From positions 1,211-65,210 of the forward strand of contig DAIOFZ010000001.1 in assembly GCA_036745475.1 (NCBI GenBank): a stretch of 64,000 bases of DNA, in the 5' to 3' direction. The DNA comes from Actinomycetota bacterium (GTDB lineage: Bacteria > Actinomycetota > UBA4738 > HRBIN12). Positions 8,984-18,564 of this stretch are shown piece by piece (position 1 is the first letter of the stretch; each line of letters begins with the position of its first letter). The notes below the pieces were generated by a model. The model had not been told where the DNA came from. It saw only the letters and a program-made list of their open reading frames with translations, and searched no databases. The position numbers and the translations under genes were made by a program.

Positions 8984-10165
8984 TCACACGTCCTCGACCT
9001 CCACGGCCACCGGAACCTGGACGCGCTCCTGCACGCGGGGCGCGTCGACGACCTCGAACAGGTAGCGCTGGGTCTGCACGTGGTACAGGTGCCCCGTGGC
9101 GCGGTTCGACAACCCGACCGTCACCCAGTACTTCCCGGGCTCGTACGGGAACGCCTCGATCCGGAAACGCACCCGCTTCTTCTCGAACCGCCCGAGATCC
9201 AGACCGGCGCGCGAGGTGCCAGCGTCGAGGACCGCATGGTTGGTGGCCCCGTCCAAGACCGCGAAGTCCACGTCCAGCTCGTCGAGCGGCTCGTGCTGGC
9301 GGACGTCGATCACGATCGTGAGCGGGTCGCCGCGCAGGATCGCGCCCTCGCTCGACCCGTTCGGGCGGACGATCTGGACCTCGGCGATCTCCGCCTCCCG
9401 TGTGCCCTCCTCGGGGACGAAGTTCGGATCGGTCACTCCGAGGAGGACGTAGCGCATCTCGCGCACGACGTCGGCCGGCATGCCGATCGCGTGCAGCTCG
9501 CCGTGGTGGAGCATCGCCGCCCGGTCGCAGATCTCGATCACGGTGTCGAGCGCGTGCGTCACGAGCACGATCGTGCGTCCTTCGCGCTGGAACGCCCGGA
9601 CGCGGTCGAGGCACTTGGCCTGGAAGGCCTCGTCGCCGACCGCGAGGACCTCGTCGATCAGCAAGACGTCGGGCTCGACGTGCACCGCCACCGCGAACCC
9701 GAGCCGGACCAGCATGCCCGACGAGTAGAACTTCACCTCGTTGTCGATGAAGTCCTCGAGCTCGGCGAACGCGACGATGTCGTCGAACGCGGCGTCGGTC
9801 TGCCGGCGAGACAAGCCGAGGAACGAGGCGTTCAGGTAGACGTTCTCGCGCCCCGTGAGCTCGGGGTGGAAACCCGCGCCGAGCTCGAGCAGCGCCGCGA
9901 GCCGCCCGCGCTGGCGGATCGTCCCCGAGGTCGGCCGCAGGATCCCGGCGACGCACTTCAGCAGCGTCGTCTTGCCGGAGCCGTTGTGCCCGATCAGCCC
10001 GAACGTCCCCCCCTGGCGCACGTCGAGCGCGACGTCCCGGAGCGCCCAGAAGTCCTCGGCTCGGCTCCGCGACGAGAGCACACGCTGCTTGAGCGACGTC
10101 GGCCTGTCCCGGTAGATGCGGAAGCGCTTCGAGACATCGGCGACCTCGATCGCGGAGGCGTTCAC
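8984..10165 (-). CDS. polysaccharide/teichoic-acid ABC exporter ATP-binding protein (Wzt/TagH-like) with C-terminal carbohydrate-binding domain
   Basis: The Walker A is GHNGSGKTTLLK, the signature is YSSGMLVRLGF, and the Walker B is LLIDEVLAVGDE. An extra C-terminal beta-sandwich-like domain of about 150 aa follows. The start is GTG at 10165, overlapping the Wzm stop (GTGA), with a GGAGGAG SD upstream. The longer track ORF (to 10909) is an R-rich extension that overlaps the permease gene. Confidence 0.85.
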   Translation of the reverse strand: MNASAIEVADVSKRFRIYRDRPTSLKQRVLSSRSRAEDFWALRDVALDVRQGGTFGLIGHNGSGKTTLLKCVAGILRPTSGTIRQRGRLAALLELGAGFHPELTGRENVYLNASFLGLSRRQTDAAFDDIVAFAELEDFIDNEVKFYSSGMLVRLGFAVAVHVEPDVLLIDEVLAVGDEAFQAKCLDRVRAFQREGRTIVLVTHALDTVIEICDRAAMLHHGELHAIGMPADVVREMRYVLLGVTDPNFVPEEGTREAEIAEVQIVRPNGSSEGAILRGDPLTIVIDVRQHEPLDELDVDFAVLDGATNHAVLDAGTSRAGLDLGRFEKKRVRFRIEAFPYEPGKYWVTVGLSNRATGHLYHVQTQRYLFEVVDAPRVQERVQVPVAVEVEDV

Positions 10166-11067
10166 AGCTCCTCCGCGAAGTCGCCCGAACGGTTGAAGAA
10201 GTAGCCCCACGCGAGGCGAAGCCCGACGAGCGAGACGACGAGCGTGATCGTCAGGACCCCGGCGACCCAGCCCAGGCTCCCGTCGAACAGGACCGGCTCC
10301 TGGGCCGCGACCGGCTGCACGAAGACGTAGAGCGCTCTGTGGAAGCCGGCCACGACGTCGACCATGGGGTTCAGCATGTAGAACGCCAGCCGCGGGATCC
10401 CGAACCAGGTCCCGCGCTGGGCGAGGTCTTGCACCTGGAATTCTGCGTAGACGATCGGGGTCGCCCAGAACCACACCAGCAGCGCGATGTTCAGCAGGTG
10501 CCCGACGTCGCGGTAGCGCACGTTCAGCGCCGAGAACCACAGCGACAGGGTCACCGTGAGCACCAGGAGCGTCACGAACGCGAGCGGCCACAGCGCGAGC
10601 TCGGGCAGATGCAGGCCGTAGCCCGACACGATCACGTAGAGGAGCAACACCGCCGATTGCAGCGCGAAGTCGACGAGGCCGACGCCGACGGCCGAGAGCG
10701 GCAGGATCTCGCGCGCGAACGCCACCTTCCTCACGAGGTTCGCGTTGTCGAGCACCGCCCGCGCGCCGCTGCCCATCGAGGCCGAGAACAGGTTCCAGGC
10801 GAGCAGTCCGGATAGCAGGTAGACCGGGTAGTTCGCGATCCCGGCCCCCAGGACCTTCGCCACGAACGAGAAGACCGCGAGGTAGACGAGCGGGTTCAGC
10901 AGCGACCACACGGCACCGAGCACCGAGGCCGCGTACTTGACCTTGAGCTCCTTGCGGACCAGGTTCGCCAGGATCTCGCGGTGGGCGGCCAGGATGCGGA
11001 GGCGTTCGCCCACCCGAAGGTGCGGCGACTCGGAGGTGCGCTCGACGGTCTCCGTGGTTGTTGCCAT
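10162..11067 (-). CDS. ABC-2 type polysaccharide exporter permease (Wzm/TagG-like)
   Basis: 301 aa with 6 TM helices and the ABC-2 motif region ...LNPLVYLAVFSFVAKVLG...FYMLNPMVDVV. The start is ATG at 11067 (MATTTETVERT). Upstream of it the frame is low-complexity. Confidence 0.8.
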   Translation of the reverse strand: MATTTETVERTSESPHLRVGERLRILAAHREILANLVRKELKVKYAASVLGAVWSLLNPLVYLAVFSFVAKVLGAGIANYPVYLLSGLLAWNLFSASMGSGARAVLDNANLVRKVAFAREILPLSAVGVGLVDFALQSAVLLLYVIVSGYGLHLPELALWPLAFVTLLVLTVTLSLWFSALNVRYRDVGHLLNIALLVWFWATPIVYAEFQVQDLAQRGTWFGIPRLAFYMLNPMVDVVAGFHRALYVFVQPVAAQEPVLFDGSLGWVAGVLTITLVVSLVGLRLAWGYFFNRSGDFAEEL

Positions 11068-11225
11068 GGGTGTGGGCGGCTCGTGGCCGGTCGGCTCGCG
11101 GTCGGCTCGCGCCGCGCGTGCCAGCCTGCGTGGCGAGTCTAGCAACGGCCCCCGCGCCACCCGTGGAGAATGCACGGAATCGTCACGGGTCCGCAGGGGG
11201 CTGGAGCAGGCGATCCTGCCGCTCC

Positions 11226-12608
11226 CTAGGGCTCCGCGACCGGAGGTCCGTGAGCGGCGCTCGACGCGGACGGTCGGAACTCGTCGAGCGCTCGGGCGTA
11301 GGCCATGCCGTAGCCCTCCGAGAGCCCCTCCTCGGTGATCCCGAGGTCCACCAGGGCACCGCCCCACCGGGCGAGCGCGCGCCGGGCCGGGTCCCACAGG
11401 AGGGCCATCGTGGCGTCCATCGCCTCCGCGTACACGTGGGCGGTCGTCTCGGACCGGGCGAGCCGCTCCATGCGCTCACGTGCGGCGTCGCCGATCCGGC
11501 GGCGGCGTCCGGGATCGTCCACCAGCGTTCGGAGCGCCTCGGCCAGCTCGCGAGGTTCGAGCCGCCCGGCCGGCACGGAGACGACGACGTCCTCGGGGAG
11601 GTCGAGGTAGGTCCCGGTCCCGCTGACGACCGTGGGGCGCCCGCATTGCATCGAGCGCGAGAGCGCCCCGGAAACCTCCCCCCGGTGCGGGAACCGGAGG
11701 TCCACGGCGACGTCCGCGGCGCACATCCACGCCAGGAAGTCCTCGTCCGAGACGTCGGTGTGCAGCGACGCGCGCGCCCCCAAACCGCTCGCACGCACCA
11801 GCGGCTCCGTGTCGTACCCTGGGATCCGGCGGCCGACGAGCGCGAGGTGGACGTCCTGGGGCAGGTGCACCATCGCCTCGAGGACGACGTCGATCAGCTT
11901 GGCGGCGTTCTGGTCACCGAACACCCCGATCAGCGTGCGCATCCCCATGGACTCGAGCGAACCGCGGATCACGCGCGCGCGTCCCTCGGCCCTGCGGACG
12001 TCATGTGCCTTCTCGATGACCGGATGCGGCACGACGTAGACCGGGGTCTTGCAGCCGAACGCGCGAAGATAGCGTTCGACGAAGGGTGAGTGGACGACGA
12101 TCCCCCGCGCGTTCCGGGCGGCGTGCGCGATGGTGGGGACGCGGAGCGGCTCGTTGCGTTCGGCCTCCTCGAACCCGTGGAGGCGCGGCGCGAGCAGCAG
12201 GCCTTCGCGCAACGCCTGGTGCCCGAACGGCTGCGCCGTGGCCACCATCCCCATCACGAAGTCGTCGAGCGCGAGGTCGTGGATCACCAGGAGCCCCGGC
12301 GTTCGGATCGCGAGGTCGTAGATGTCGCCGTGGAACTCCAGGTTGTTGCCGAGGTGGTAGACGGCCATCGTGTGCCACGGCACCGTCGCCCAGTGCTTGT
12401 GCTTGATCGGCCAGTACGGCTGGATCTTGTGCTTGCCCGGGGTGTAGCCGATCCGCTCGAGCCCCTCGAGCACCGCCTGCGAGTAGGTCGCGATCCCGCT
12501 GCGGGCCGGCGGCATCGGCGAGAGCCACGCGACCCGCGGGTCCATCCGATGGTCCCAGCGGTAGAGCCTGCGGGCCGCGCCGACGATCGGGGTGGTCACT
12601 CGGTTCAC
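11226..12608 (-). CDS. glycosyltransferase family 1 (GT4-type)
   Basis: The GT-B fold has the EX7E-like C-terminal region (CGRPTVVSGTGTYLDLPEDVVV). The N-terminus WLSPMPPARSGIATYS is typical of GT4. An alternative start is at MDPRV (12545). Confidence 0.75.
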   Translation of the reverse strand: MNRVTTPIVGAARRLYRWDHRMDPRVAWLSPMPPARSGIATYSQAVLEGLERIGYTPGKHKIQPYWPIKHKHWATVPWHTMAVYHLGNNLEFHGDIYDLAIRTPGLLVIHDLALDDFVMGMVATAQPFGHQALREGLLLAPRLHGFEEAERNEPLRVPTIAHAARNARGIVVHSPFVERYLRAFGCKTPVYVVPHPVIEKAHDVRRAEGRARVIRGSLESMGMRTLIGVFGDQNAAKLIDVVLEAMVHLPQDVHLALVGRRIPGYDTEPLVRASGLGARASLHTDVSDEDFLAWMCAADVAVDLRFPHRGEVSGALSRSMQCGRPTVVSGTGTYLDLPEDVVVSVPAGRLEPRELAEALRTLVDDPGRRRRIGDAARERMERLARSETTAHVYAEAMDATMALLWDPARRALARWGGALVDLGITEEGLSEGYGMAYARALDEFRPSASSAAHGPPVAEP

Positions 12609-12610
12609 GG

Positions 12611-13660
12611 CTACCCCGTCAGCCGCGCGACGACGTCGGGCCAGCCCGGGACCGTCGCGCGCAGCTTCTCGTTGCCGGCCTCGCCCATCTTCTTCGCGAG
12701 CGGGCGGTTCGAGAACAGGCGGTCGAACGCGTGGGCGATCGCCTGCGGTTCGGGCGGGGTGACCAGTCCCGTCTCACCGTCGGTCACGAACTCCAGCGGT
12801 CCACCCGCGTCGGTGAGCGTGACGACGGGCCGGTGCGCGGCGAACCCCTCGAGCGTCACGTACCCGTAGTCCTCGTCGAACGGCCCGTAGTACACGCCGA
12901 GCGCTCCGAGGTAGAGCTCGTGGAGGCGTTCGTCCGAGACGCGACCGGCGAGCTCGACCTTGCCCTGGAGCCCGTGCTTCTCGATCTGCTCACGGAGGCC
13001 GTCCCCGTCGGGACCGTTGCCGACGAGCACCAGCCGAACCCCGGTCCTCACGTGCCGCATCGCCTCGACGACGAGCGCCTGACGCTTGAGTCCTTCGAGC
13101 CGGCTGGGGAACACGATCGCATCACCGTACGGTCCGGGTTCGAGCGGCAGGAGCGCCTCGACGATCGGCGACGGGTGATACAAGACGTCGCTCGACAGCC
13201 GGAGCGAGCTCCAGAGGCGGTCCTGCACGTTCTTCGAGTTCGTGAAGATTCGCTTGGCCTCCCCGAGCGCGATCCGGTCGCTCTGCTGCACCATGTCGCG
13301 CACCTGCGGCCCCTCGATCTGCTTGCCGAGGTCGGCGAACTCCGGGTGATCCCAGAGCTCGTACGCGGTCCGGTGCTGGTGGATCAGCCACACCACCTTG
13401 CGTTCGTGAGGGACGAGGTACGCGGGGAACTTCAGCGCGATCACGATGTCGATCGGCAGCCCGTTGGATTCGGACAGGTCGAGGGCGCGCCACACCGCCA
13501 TCTGGTGCACGATCTCGGTCGCCGGGTACCACTTGCCGGCGACCACCACCTCCTCGGCGTCGTGCCCCGCCTCGCGGAGAGCGGCGACGACCGACTCGGT
13601 GTGCGTCTCGGCTCCCCCGCGCACGAACGGCGTCTGGGGGTGGGCGACCGCGATCCTCAC
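12611..13660 (-). CDS. glycosyltransferase family 1 (GT4-type)
   Basis: The N-terminus VRIAVAHPQTPFVRGGAETH is typical of GT4. The C-terminus has GYVTLEGFAAHRPVV. The start is GTG at 13660 with a GGGGAGG SD, overlapping the upstream ORF stop (GTGA). The track ORF extends with R-rich sequence to 13969. Confidence 0.75.
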   Translation of the reverse strand: MRIAVAHPQTPFVRGGAETHTESVVAALREAGHDAEEVVVAGKWYPATEIVHQMAVWRALDLSESNGLPIDIVIALKFPAYLVPHERKVVWLIHQHRTAYELWDHPEFADLGKQIEGPQVRDMVQQSDRIALGEAKRIFTNSKNVQDRLWSSLRLSSDVLYHPSPIVEALLPLEPGPYGDAIVFPSRLEGLKRQALVVEAMRHVRTGVRLVLVGNGPDGDGLREQIEKHGLQGKVELAGRVSDERLHELYLGALGVYYGPFDEDYGYVTLEGFAAHRPVVTLTDAGGPLEFVTDGETGLVTPPEPQAIAHAFDRLFSNRPLAKKMGEAGNEKLRATVPGWPDVVARLTG

Positions 13661-14016
13661 TCGGCCTCCCCGAGCTTCGAACGCAGCTCCTTCACCTCGG
13701 TCTCGAGCGCGACGACCCGGTCGGCGAGCGCGGCGGCGAGCTCGCCGAACTCGGCCAGCAGCCGGTCGTTGCGGCGGCGCATGGGTCGCAGGAGCCGGAA
13801 CTGGAGGACCTTGGCCTTCCGCCGCGTACGCGAGCCGGACCCGAGCTCGGGCTCGCCTCGTGGGACGGCCTGCTTCTCGTCGGCTCGCATGAGCATCGCG
13901 AAGTCGTGCAGCAGATCGCGCACCTCGGACGTGTCCATCCGAGACCGAGCCGAGGCGTCCTCGGCCCAATAGATCTCGCGTTCGAGCGCGCTGCGAGCAT
14001 CGTTCTCGCTGGTCAC
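13657..14016 (-). CDS. small coiled-coil protein (about 119 aa), translationally coupled to the downstream glycosyltransferase
   Basis: The C-terminal heptad-like segment is RNDRLLAEFGELAAALADRVVALETEVKELRSKLGEAE. Its stop overlaps the GT4 start. No clear SD is present and the start is unclear (GTG at 14016), so this call is tentative. Confidence 0.35.
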   Translation of the reverse strand: MTSENDARSALEREIYWAEDASARSRMDTSEVRDLLHDFAMLMRADEKQAVPRGEPELGSGSRTRRKAKVLQFRLLRPMRRRNDRLLAEFGELAAALADRVVALETEVKELRSKLGEAE

Positions 14017-14087
14017 GGGCGTGAGGGTAGCACCGGCTCGGATGTCATCAGCCCGATCACCGCCCGCTCGGAAAGCTCGGGCGAGGC

Positions 14088-14393
14088 CTACTTCTCCCGG
14101 GTGACCTCGAAATGCCTCACCGTCGGTTCGAACTCGAGGAGGAAGCGCGCGTCTTCCGGGTAGTAGTGAGCAGCCTCCACGTCGTCGCCGGCGAACGCCC
14201 TCACGTCGTCGAGGGAGTCCCAGAGGGACATCACGCCGAACTCGGCCTCGTCGCCGTCGAGCCGGCGCAGCACCATCACCCCACGGTTGCCAGCTGTGGC
14301 GTGGAGTTCTACTACCCCGCTCTGCTCCAGGTACGCCAGGTACCCGTCGTAGTCCTCGGCCTTCGTGCGTCCGAACCATAGCCGTGCGATCAC
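14088..14393 (-). CDS. ABM/Dabb-like dimeric alpha+beta barrel protein (101 aa)
   Basis: A strong SD (GAAGGAGG) lies 6 nt upstream of the GTG start. The size and pattern (…VMVLRRLDGDEAEFGVMSLWDSLDDVRAF…) fit small ABM-fold proteins. Confidence 0.55.
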   Translation of the reverse strand: MIARLWFGRTKAEDYDGYLAYLEQSGVVELHATAGNRGVMVLRRLDGDEAEFGVMSLWDSLDDVRAFAGDDVEAAHYYPEDARFLLEFEPTVRHFEVTREK

Positions 14394-14436
14394 GGTCGGC
14401 CTCCTTCGCTCGAGCTACGACCAGTATCGTTCGGCC

Positions 14437-15192
14437 GTGACCCACGACCACGTGATCCGCAACCGCGCCGCCTGGGATCGGTTCGCCAAGGAGTTCGTGG
14501 AGTCCGGACGCGAGGCCTGGATGAGCGACGAGCCCTCGTGGGGTACCTGGGGTGTGCCCGAGGCCGAGGTCGGCATGCTCGCCGACGTCGAGGGTCTGGA
14601 TGCGGTCGAGCTCGGCTGTGGCACCGGCTACGTCTCGGCCTGGCTCGCGAGGCGTGGAGCTCGGCCGGTTGGGCTGGACAACTCGCCGGTCCAGCTCGCG
14701 ACCGCTCGTGGGTTCCAGGCCGAGTTCGACCTGGCCTTCCCGCTGATCCACGGCGACGCTGAGCGCACGCCGTTCCCCGACGAGACCTTCGACTACGCGA
14801 TCTCCGAGTACGGTGCGGCGATCTGGTGCGACCCGTACGCGTGGATCCCCGAGGCCGCGCGGATCCTGCGGCCGGGCGGACGGCTCGCGTTCCTCGGCAA
14901 CTCATATCTGTGCGCGATCTGCTCGCCACTGAACGAGGATGCGCCCGTGGACGAGCGCCTACACCGCGACCACTTCGGCATGCACCGGTTCGACTGGGAG
15001 GATGACAAGTCGACCGAGTTCCACATCCCGCACGGCGAGTGGATCCGACTGCTGCGCTCCAACGGCTTCGAGATCGAGAACCTCGTCGAGCTCCGGGCGC
15101 CCGAGGGGTCGACGACCCACTACCCGTGGGTCACCTACGAGTGGGCTCGGCGGTGGCCGAACGAGGAGGTCTGGAAGGCCCGGAAGCGCTGA
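14437..15192 (+). CDS. class I SAM-dependent methyltransferase
   Basis: Motif I is LDAVELGCGTGYVSAWLARRG, and motif post-I/II is ILRPGGRLAF. The start is uncertain (GTG at 14437 or ATG at 14521). The track ORF start at 14365 overlaps the convergent gene. Confidence 0.7.
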   Translation: MTHDHVIRNRAAWDRFAKEFVESGREAWMSDEPSWGTWGVPEAEVGMLADVEGLDAVELGCGTGYVSAWLARRGARPVGLDNSPVQLATARGFQAEFDLAFPLIHGDAERTPFPDETFDYAISEYGAAIWCDPYAWIPEAARILRPGGRLAFLGNSYLCAICSPLNEDAPVDERLHRDHFGMHRFDWEDDKSTEFHIPHGEWIRLLRSNGFEIENLVELRAPEGSTTHYPWVTYEWARRWPNEEVWKARKR

Positions 15193-15210
15193 CAAACGTG
15201 TCGACGCTGC

Positions 15211-15233
15211 GCGGGCGAACGCGACTCGCCCGC
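15211..15233. terminator. GC-rich perfect hairpin between convergent genes (stem GCGGGCGA / TCGCCCGC, 7-nt loop), a putative bidirectional terminator
   Basis: An inverted repeat was seen directly between the methyltransferase (+, end 15192) and the phosphoesterase (-, end 15269). No U-tract is present, as is common in high-GC actinobacteria. Confidence 0.35.
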
Positions 15234-15268
15234 GCTCGACGACGCAGCGCCGAGGCAGGCGTGACGCG

Positions 15269-16627
15269 CTAGTCGTTCGGCGCCCAGATCGGGCCCAGGC
15301 AGTCGTCACGGAGCGGCAGCGGGTTCGGCTCCCTCGGCCGTTGCTCGAAATCGAACGCCGAGAGCATCGGCGTCGCCTGCTTGTCCCGCTTGGTGAGCTG
15401 CGTCAGGTCCCAGTTGTCCTCGATGAACCGGAGCACGCTGGAGAACTCGCCGAGCTCGCCGCTCACCTTGCCCTGCTTCGCGTACGGGCTGAGCACGATC
15501 ATCGGCACGCGGATCCCGAACCCGAAGTCGTCGACCTGCGGCGGCGGCACGTGATCGTAGAAGCCGCCGTAGTCGTCCCACGTGAGGAAGATCGCGGTCG
15601 AGTCCCACATCGGTGAGCGCATGATCGCGTCGATCACCTTCGTCGACCAGTTCTCGCCGTGGCAGAAGTTGTACTCGGGGTGCTCGGACAGCTCGAACCT
15701 CGGCGTGATCCACGTGATCGGCGGGAGCAGCCCTTGGCGGATGTCCTTCACCACCTCGTCGGCCGGAAACATGTGCCTCTGCCACCGGTCCTCGTGCATC
15801 CGGTAGCGGCGGATCGCCGAGTACGCCGACCAGATGTAGCCCTTCTGGTCCTCGCTCGCCGCGTAGTAGGCCCACGGGATCCGCGCGCCGTTCAGCAGGT
15901 CGCCCTCGGTCAGGAAGTCGAAGCACGGGGGCACCTTCTTCATCCGCCCCTCGCTGTCGTAGACCTCGACGGTCTGCAGCGGCGGCGCGTCGCAGCCGAA
16001 CGTGTTCGAGCCGTGGGTGAGGCTCGGCGTTCGCCGCGGGTTGTCGTGCGCCCCGCCGGAGGTGGCCGCGATCGAGTACAGGTGGTTCGGGAACGAGGGA
16101 CCCTGCGCGCTCGCGAAGAAGTTATCGAACAGCACGTTCTGCCGCGCCCAGTGCCAGTAGTTCGGCAGCTGGTCCTTGTGGAGCTGCGTGTAGGCCCACG
16201 GGGCGTGGTCGCCCTGCAGGAACCCGTCCATCTCCCCCTTGTCCCAGGCCGCGAGCGCGCACGTGTAGCAGTGCGGCAGGTCGCCGGGCACACGGCCGTC
16301 GGTCCCGCGCGTCAGCGTTCGGGGCTGCCCGAACGCCATCCCGGTCGAGACGCCGTTGGCGTCCGGGAACATGCCGAAGAGGTGATCGAACGATCGGTTC
16401 TCCTTGATCAGGAACACGACGTGCTTGATCGGGGTCGCGGTCTCGAGCGCGGTCGCGTCGAACGCGTCGGGGCTCCCGGCGGTGCTCACGCTCGGACTTG
16501 GTGACGCGGGCGGTGAGCTCGTCGCCCGTGGCTCGGCCCCGCTCGCGGTGCACGCGGCGGCGATCAGGGCCAGGCCCAGGACGGAGGCGACCCACGAGAG
16601 CACGCGCCGATGCAGGGGGGTCCGCAT
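15269..16627 (-). CDS. phosphoesterase-family protein (phospholipase C / acid phosphatase family), secreted lipoprotein
   Basis: A signal peptide with a Cys is present ([10 protein letters not shown]). The conserved phosphoesterase motifs are present ([17 protein letters not shown] ... [12 protein letters not shown] ... [12 protein letters not shown]). Confidence 0.8.
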   Translation of the reverse strand: MRTPLHRRVLSWVASVLGLALIAAACTASGAEPRATSSPPASPSPSVSTAGSPDAFDATALETATPIKHVVFLIKENRSFDHLFGMFPDANGVSTGMAFGQPRTLTRGTDGRVPGDLPHCYTCALAAWDKGEMDGFLQGDHAPWAYTQLHKDQLPNYWHWARQNVLFDNFFASAQGPSFPNHLYSIAATSGGAHDNPRRTPSLTHGSNTFGCDAPPLQTVEVYDSEGRMKKVPPCFDFLTEGDLLNGARIPWAYYAASEDQKGYIWSAYSAIRRYRMHEDRWQRHMFPADEVVKDIRQGLLPPITWITPRFELSEHPEYNFCHGENWSTKVIDAIMRSPMWDSTAIFLTWDDYGGFYDHVPPPQVDDFGFGIRVPMIVLSPYAKQGKVSGELGEFSSVLRFIEDNWDLTQLTKRDKQATPMLSAFDFEQRPREPNPLPLRDDCLGPIWAPND

Positions 16628-16639
16628 GGAGACCGGAGT

Positions 16640-17809
16640 CTATCCAGGGCCGGCCGGGCGGCCGGCGGCCCGCCGGAGCACCTCGGCCGTCGCACCGGCC
16701 GCCCGCTCCCACGAGAACATCGCGAGACGCTCGCGGCCGGCGGCGACCAGCCGGTCGCGCAGGCCGGCGTCGCCGAACAGCCGGACGAGACCCTCCCCGA
16801 TCGCGTCGACGTCGTTCGGGTCGACCAACAGCGCGGCGTCGCCGGCGACCTCGGGCAACGAGGCCGCGGACGAGGTCAGCACCGGGACACCTGCCGAGAA
16901 CCCCTCGAGCACTGGGAACCCGAACCCCTCGTACCGCGACGGGTATGCGAGCACCGTCGCGCCGGCCAGCAATGCACGCTTCTCCTCGTCCGATACGTAG
17001 CCGGTGAGCACGACCCGCCGTCGGATGTCCTTCGGGAGCGCGGCGACCTGCGCGCGGAGGGTCTCGGTGCCCTGGGGTGCCCAGGACGTCCGACCGCCGG
17101 CGATCACGAGCCACCGATCCGCGTCGCCCACGCGCGCGAACCCCTCGACGAGCGCGCCGAGGTTCTTCCGCGGCTCGATCCCGCCGACGAACAGCGCGAA
17201 CGGCCCACCGATCCCGAAACGAGCGCGCACGCGTTCGGCCTCCACCGGCGCGGGCGCCTCGAACGGGTCCGCCCCGTGGGGGATCACGTGCACGCGGCCC
17301 TCGTCGAGCCGGTGGCGTCGGAGCACGTCGGCCTTAGCGCTCGCCGACGGCACGATCACCCCGGCGCTGCGCCGCAGCCACCCGTCGAACCGCCGCCGCC
17401 ATCGCTCGCCGAACCCCGGGCCGACCTCGGGCATCACCTCGAACGCCAGGTCGTGGACGATCAGCACGACGGCGTCGCTGTGGGTCGGGGGCGGGAGGAA
17501 GTTCGTCGCGAGGAGCGCGTCGAAACGCACCATCCCCTCGAGCCTCGGCAGCTCGAGACGCCGCCACACGGGTTCGAGGAGGCCGGGGATCCGCGACACG
17601 TGCTCGGTCAGGTTCGGCGCGCCCGGGAGGTCGGAGCCTCCGGGATGCGGGTGCCACGCCACCAGCTCGTCGGTCGGCATGGCCCCCGGCAGGTGCGACA
17701 GCATCCGCCGGGTGTAGTGGCCCACGCCGGTGGGTTCGGCATCGGAGGCGGGACGAGCGTCGATCGCGATCCGCACGCGGGCAGTATCGCCGCTCGCCGG
17801 GCGACGCAC
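16640..17809 (-). CDS. glycosyltransferase family 1 (GT4-type)
   Basis: The N-terminus VRIAIDARP... is typical of GT4. The C-terminal region is RYEGFGFPVLEGFSAGVPVLTS. The true start may be the internal GTG at 17776. Confidence 0.75.
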   Translation of the reverse strand: MRRPASGDTARVRIAIDARPASDAEPTGVGHYTRRMLSHLPGAMPTDELVAWHPHPGGSDLPGAPNLTEHVSRIPGLLEPVWRRLELPRLEGMVRFDALLATNFLPPPTHSDAVVLIVHDLAFEVMPEVGPGFGERWRRRFDGWLRRSAGVIVPSASAKADVLRRHRLDEGRVHVIPHGADPFEAPAPVEAERVRARFGIGGPFALFVGGIEPRKNLGALVEGFARVGDADRWLVIAGGRTSWAPQGTETLRAQVAALPKDIRRRVVLTGYVSDEEKRALLAGATVLAYPSRYEGFGFPVLEGFSAGVPVLTSSAASLPEVAGDAALLVDPNDVDAIGEGLVRLFGDAGLRDRLVAAGRERLAMFSWERAAGATAEVLRRAAGRPAGPG

Positions 17810-17847
17810 GCGGTCCGGCCCGACCGCCCGAGCGGTAGCATCCAGGC

Positions 17848-18564
17848 GTGGACCGGATCAAGTATTCGGTCATGACGCGACTCGCTCCCTACCCCTCGCT
17901 GGCAGTGCCGCTGGCTCGGTTGCGCGGCGAAGGCGAACTGGTCGACTCGCGGACTGACCTCCTCGTCGAGTCCTACCCGCGATGCGCGTCGTCGTTCGCG
18001 ATCGCGGCATTCCGCCTCGCGCAGGAGCCGAGGAGCCTGCGCGTCGCGCATCACACGCACGCGTCGGGGCACGTGATCGCCGGGATCCGTTTGGGGATCC
18101 CGGCGCTGGCCTTGATCCGCGAGCCCGAGAGCGCGGTGGTGAGCAGCCGCATCCGCCATCCCGCGCGCACGTACGCGGACCTGCTCCGGGGGTTCTGCGC
18201 CTTCTACGAGCCGCTCGTGCCCCATCGCGGCGACCTGGTGGTCGGGACGTTCGACGAGGTGATCGGCGGCGAGCTCGGTGCGATCACACGGCGGCTGAAC
18301 GCGCGCTTCGGCTCCACGTACGCCGAGTTCGAGCCGACTGAGGACAACGTCGCACGCGTGATGCGCGAGATCGACCAGGACTGGCGGACGCGGCGAGGCG
18401 AGGGCGAGCGGCTCGAGCGCGTCATCCCACGGCCCTCCCGTGTTCGTGAGGGTCTGAAGTCGGAGATGCGGGAGCGGTACGCCGCCGAGGCGCCGCAGAA
18501 GCTCCGGCAGCGCGCGGAAGAGCTGTACTCGTGGTTCACGCGCAGCGAGGACGCGGGATCGTGA
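17848..18564 (+). CDS. hypothetical protein, possibly a sulfotransferase-family protein
   Basis: YPRCASSFA resembles a degenerate 5'-PSB loop (PKSGTT). LIREPESAVVSS resembles the sulfotransferase 3'-PB motif (RDPRDvavS). It is embedded in the glycopolymer locus, and its stop overlaps the tagA start (GTGA). Confidence 0.4.
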   Translation: MDRIKYSVMTRLAPYPSLAVPLARLRGEGELVDSRTDLLVESYPRCASSFAIAAFRLAQEPRSLRVAHHTHASGHVIAGIRLGIPALALIREPESAVVSSRIRHPARTYADLLRGFCAFYEPLVPHRGDLVVGTFDEVIGGELGAITRRLNARFGSTYAEFEPTEDNVARVMREIDQDWRTRRGEGERLERVIPRPSRVREGLKSEMRERYAAEAPQKLRQRAEELYSWFTRSEDAGS

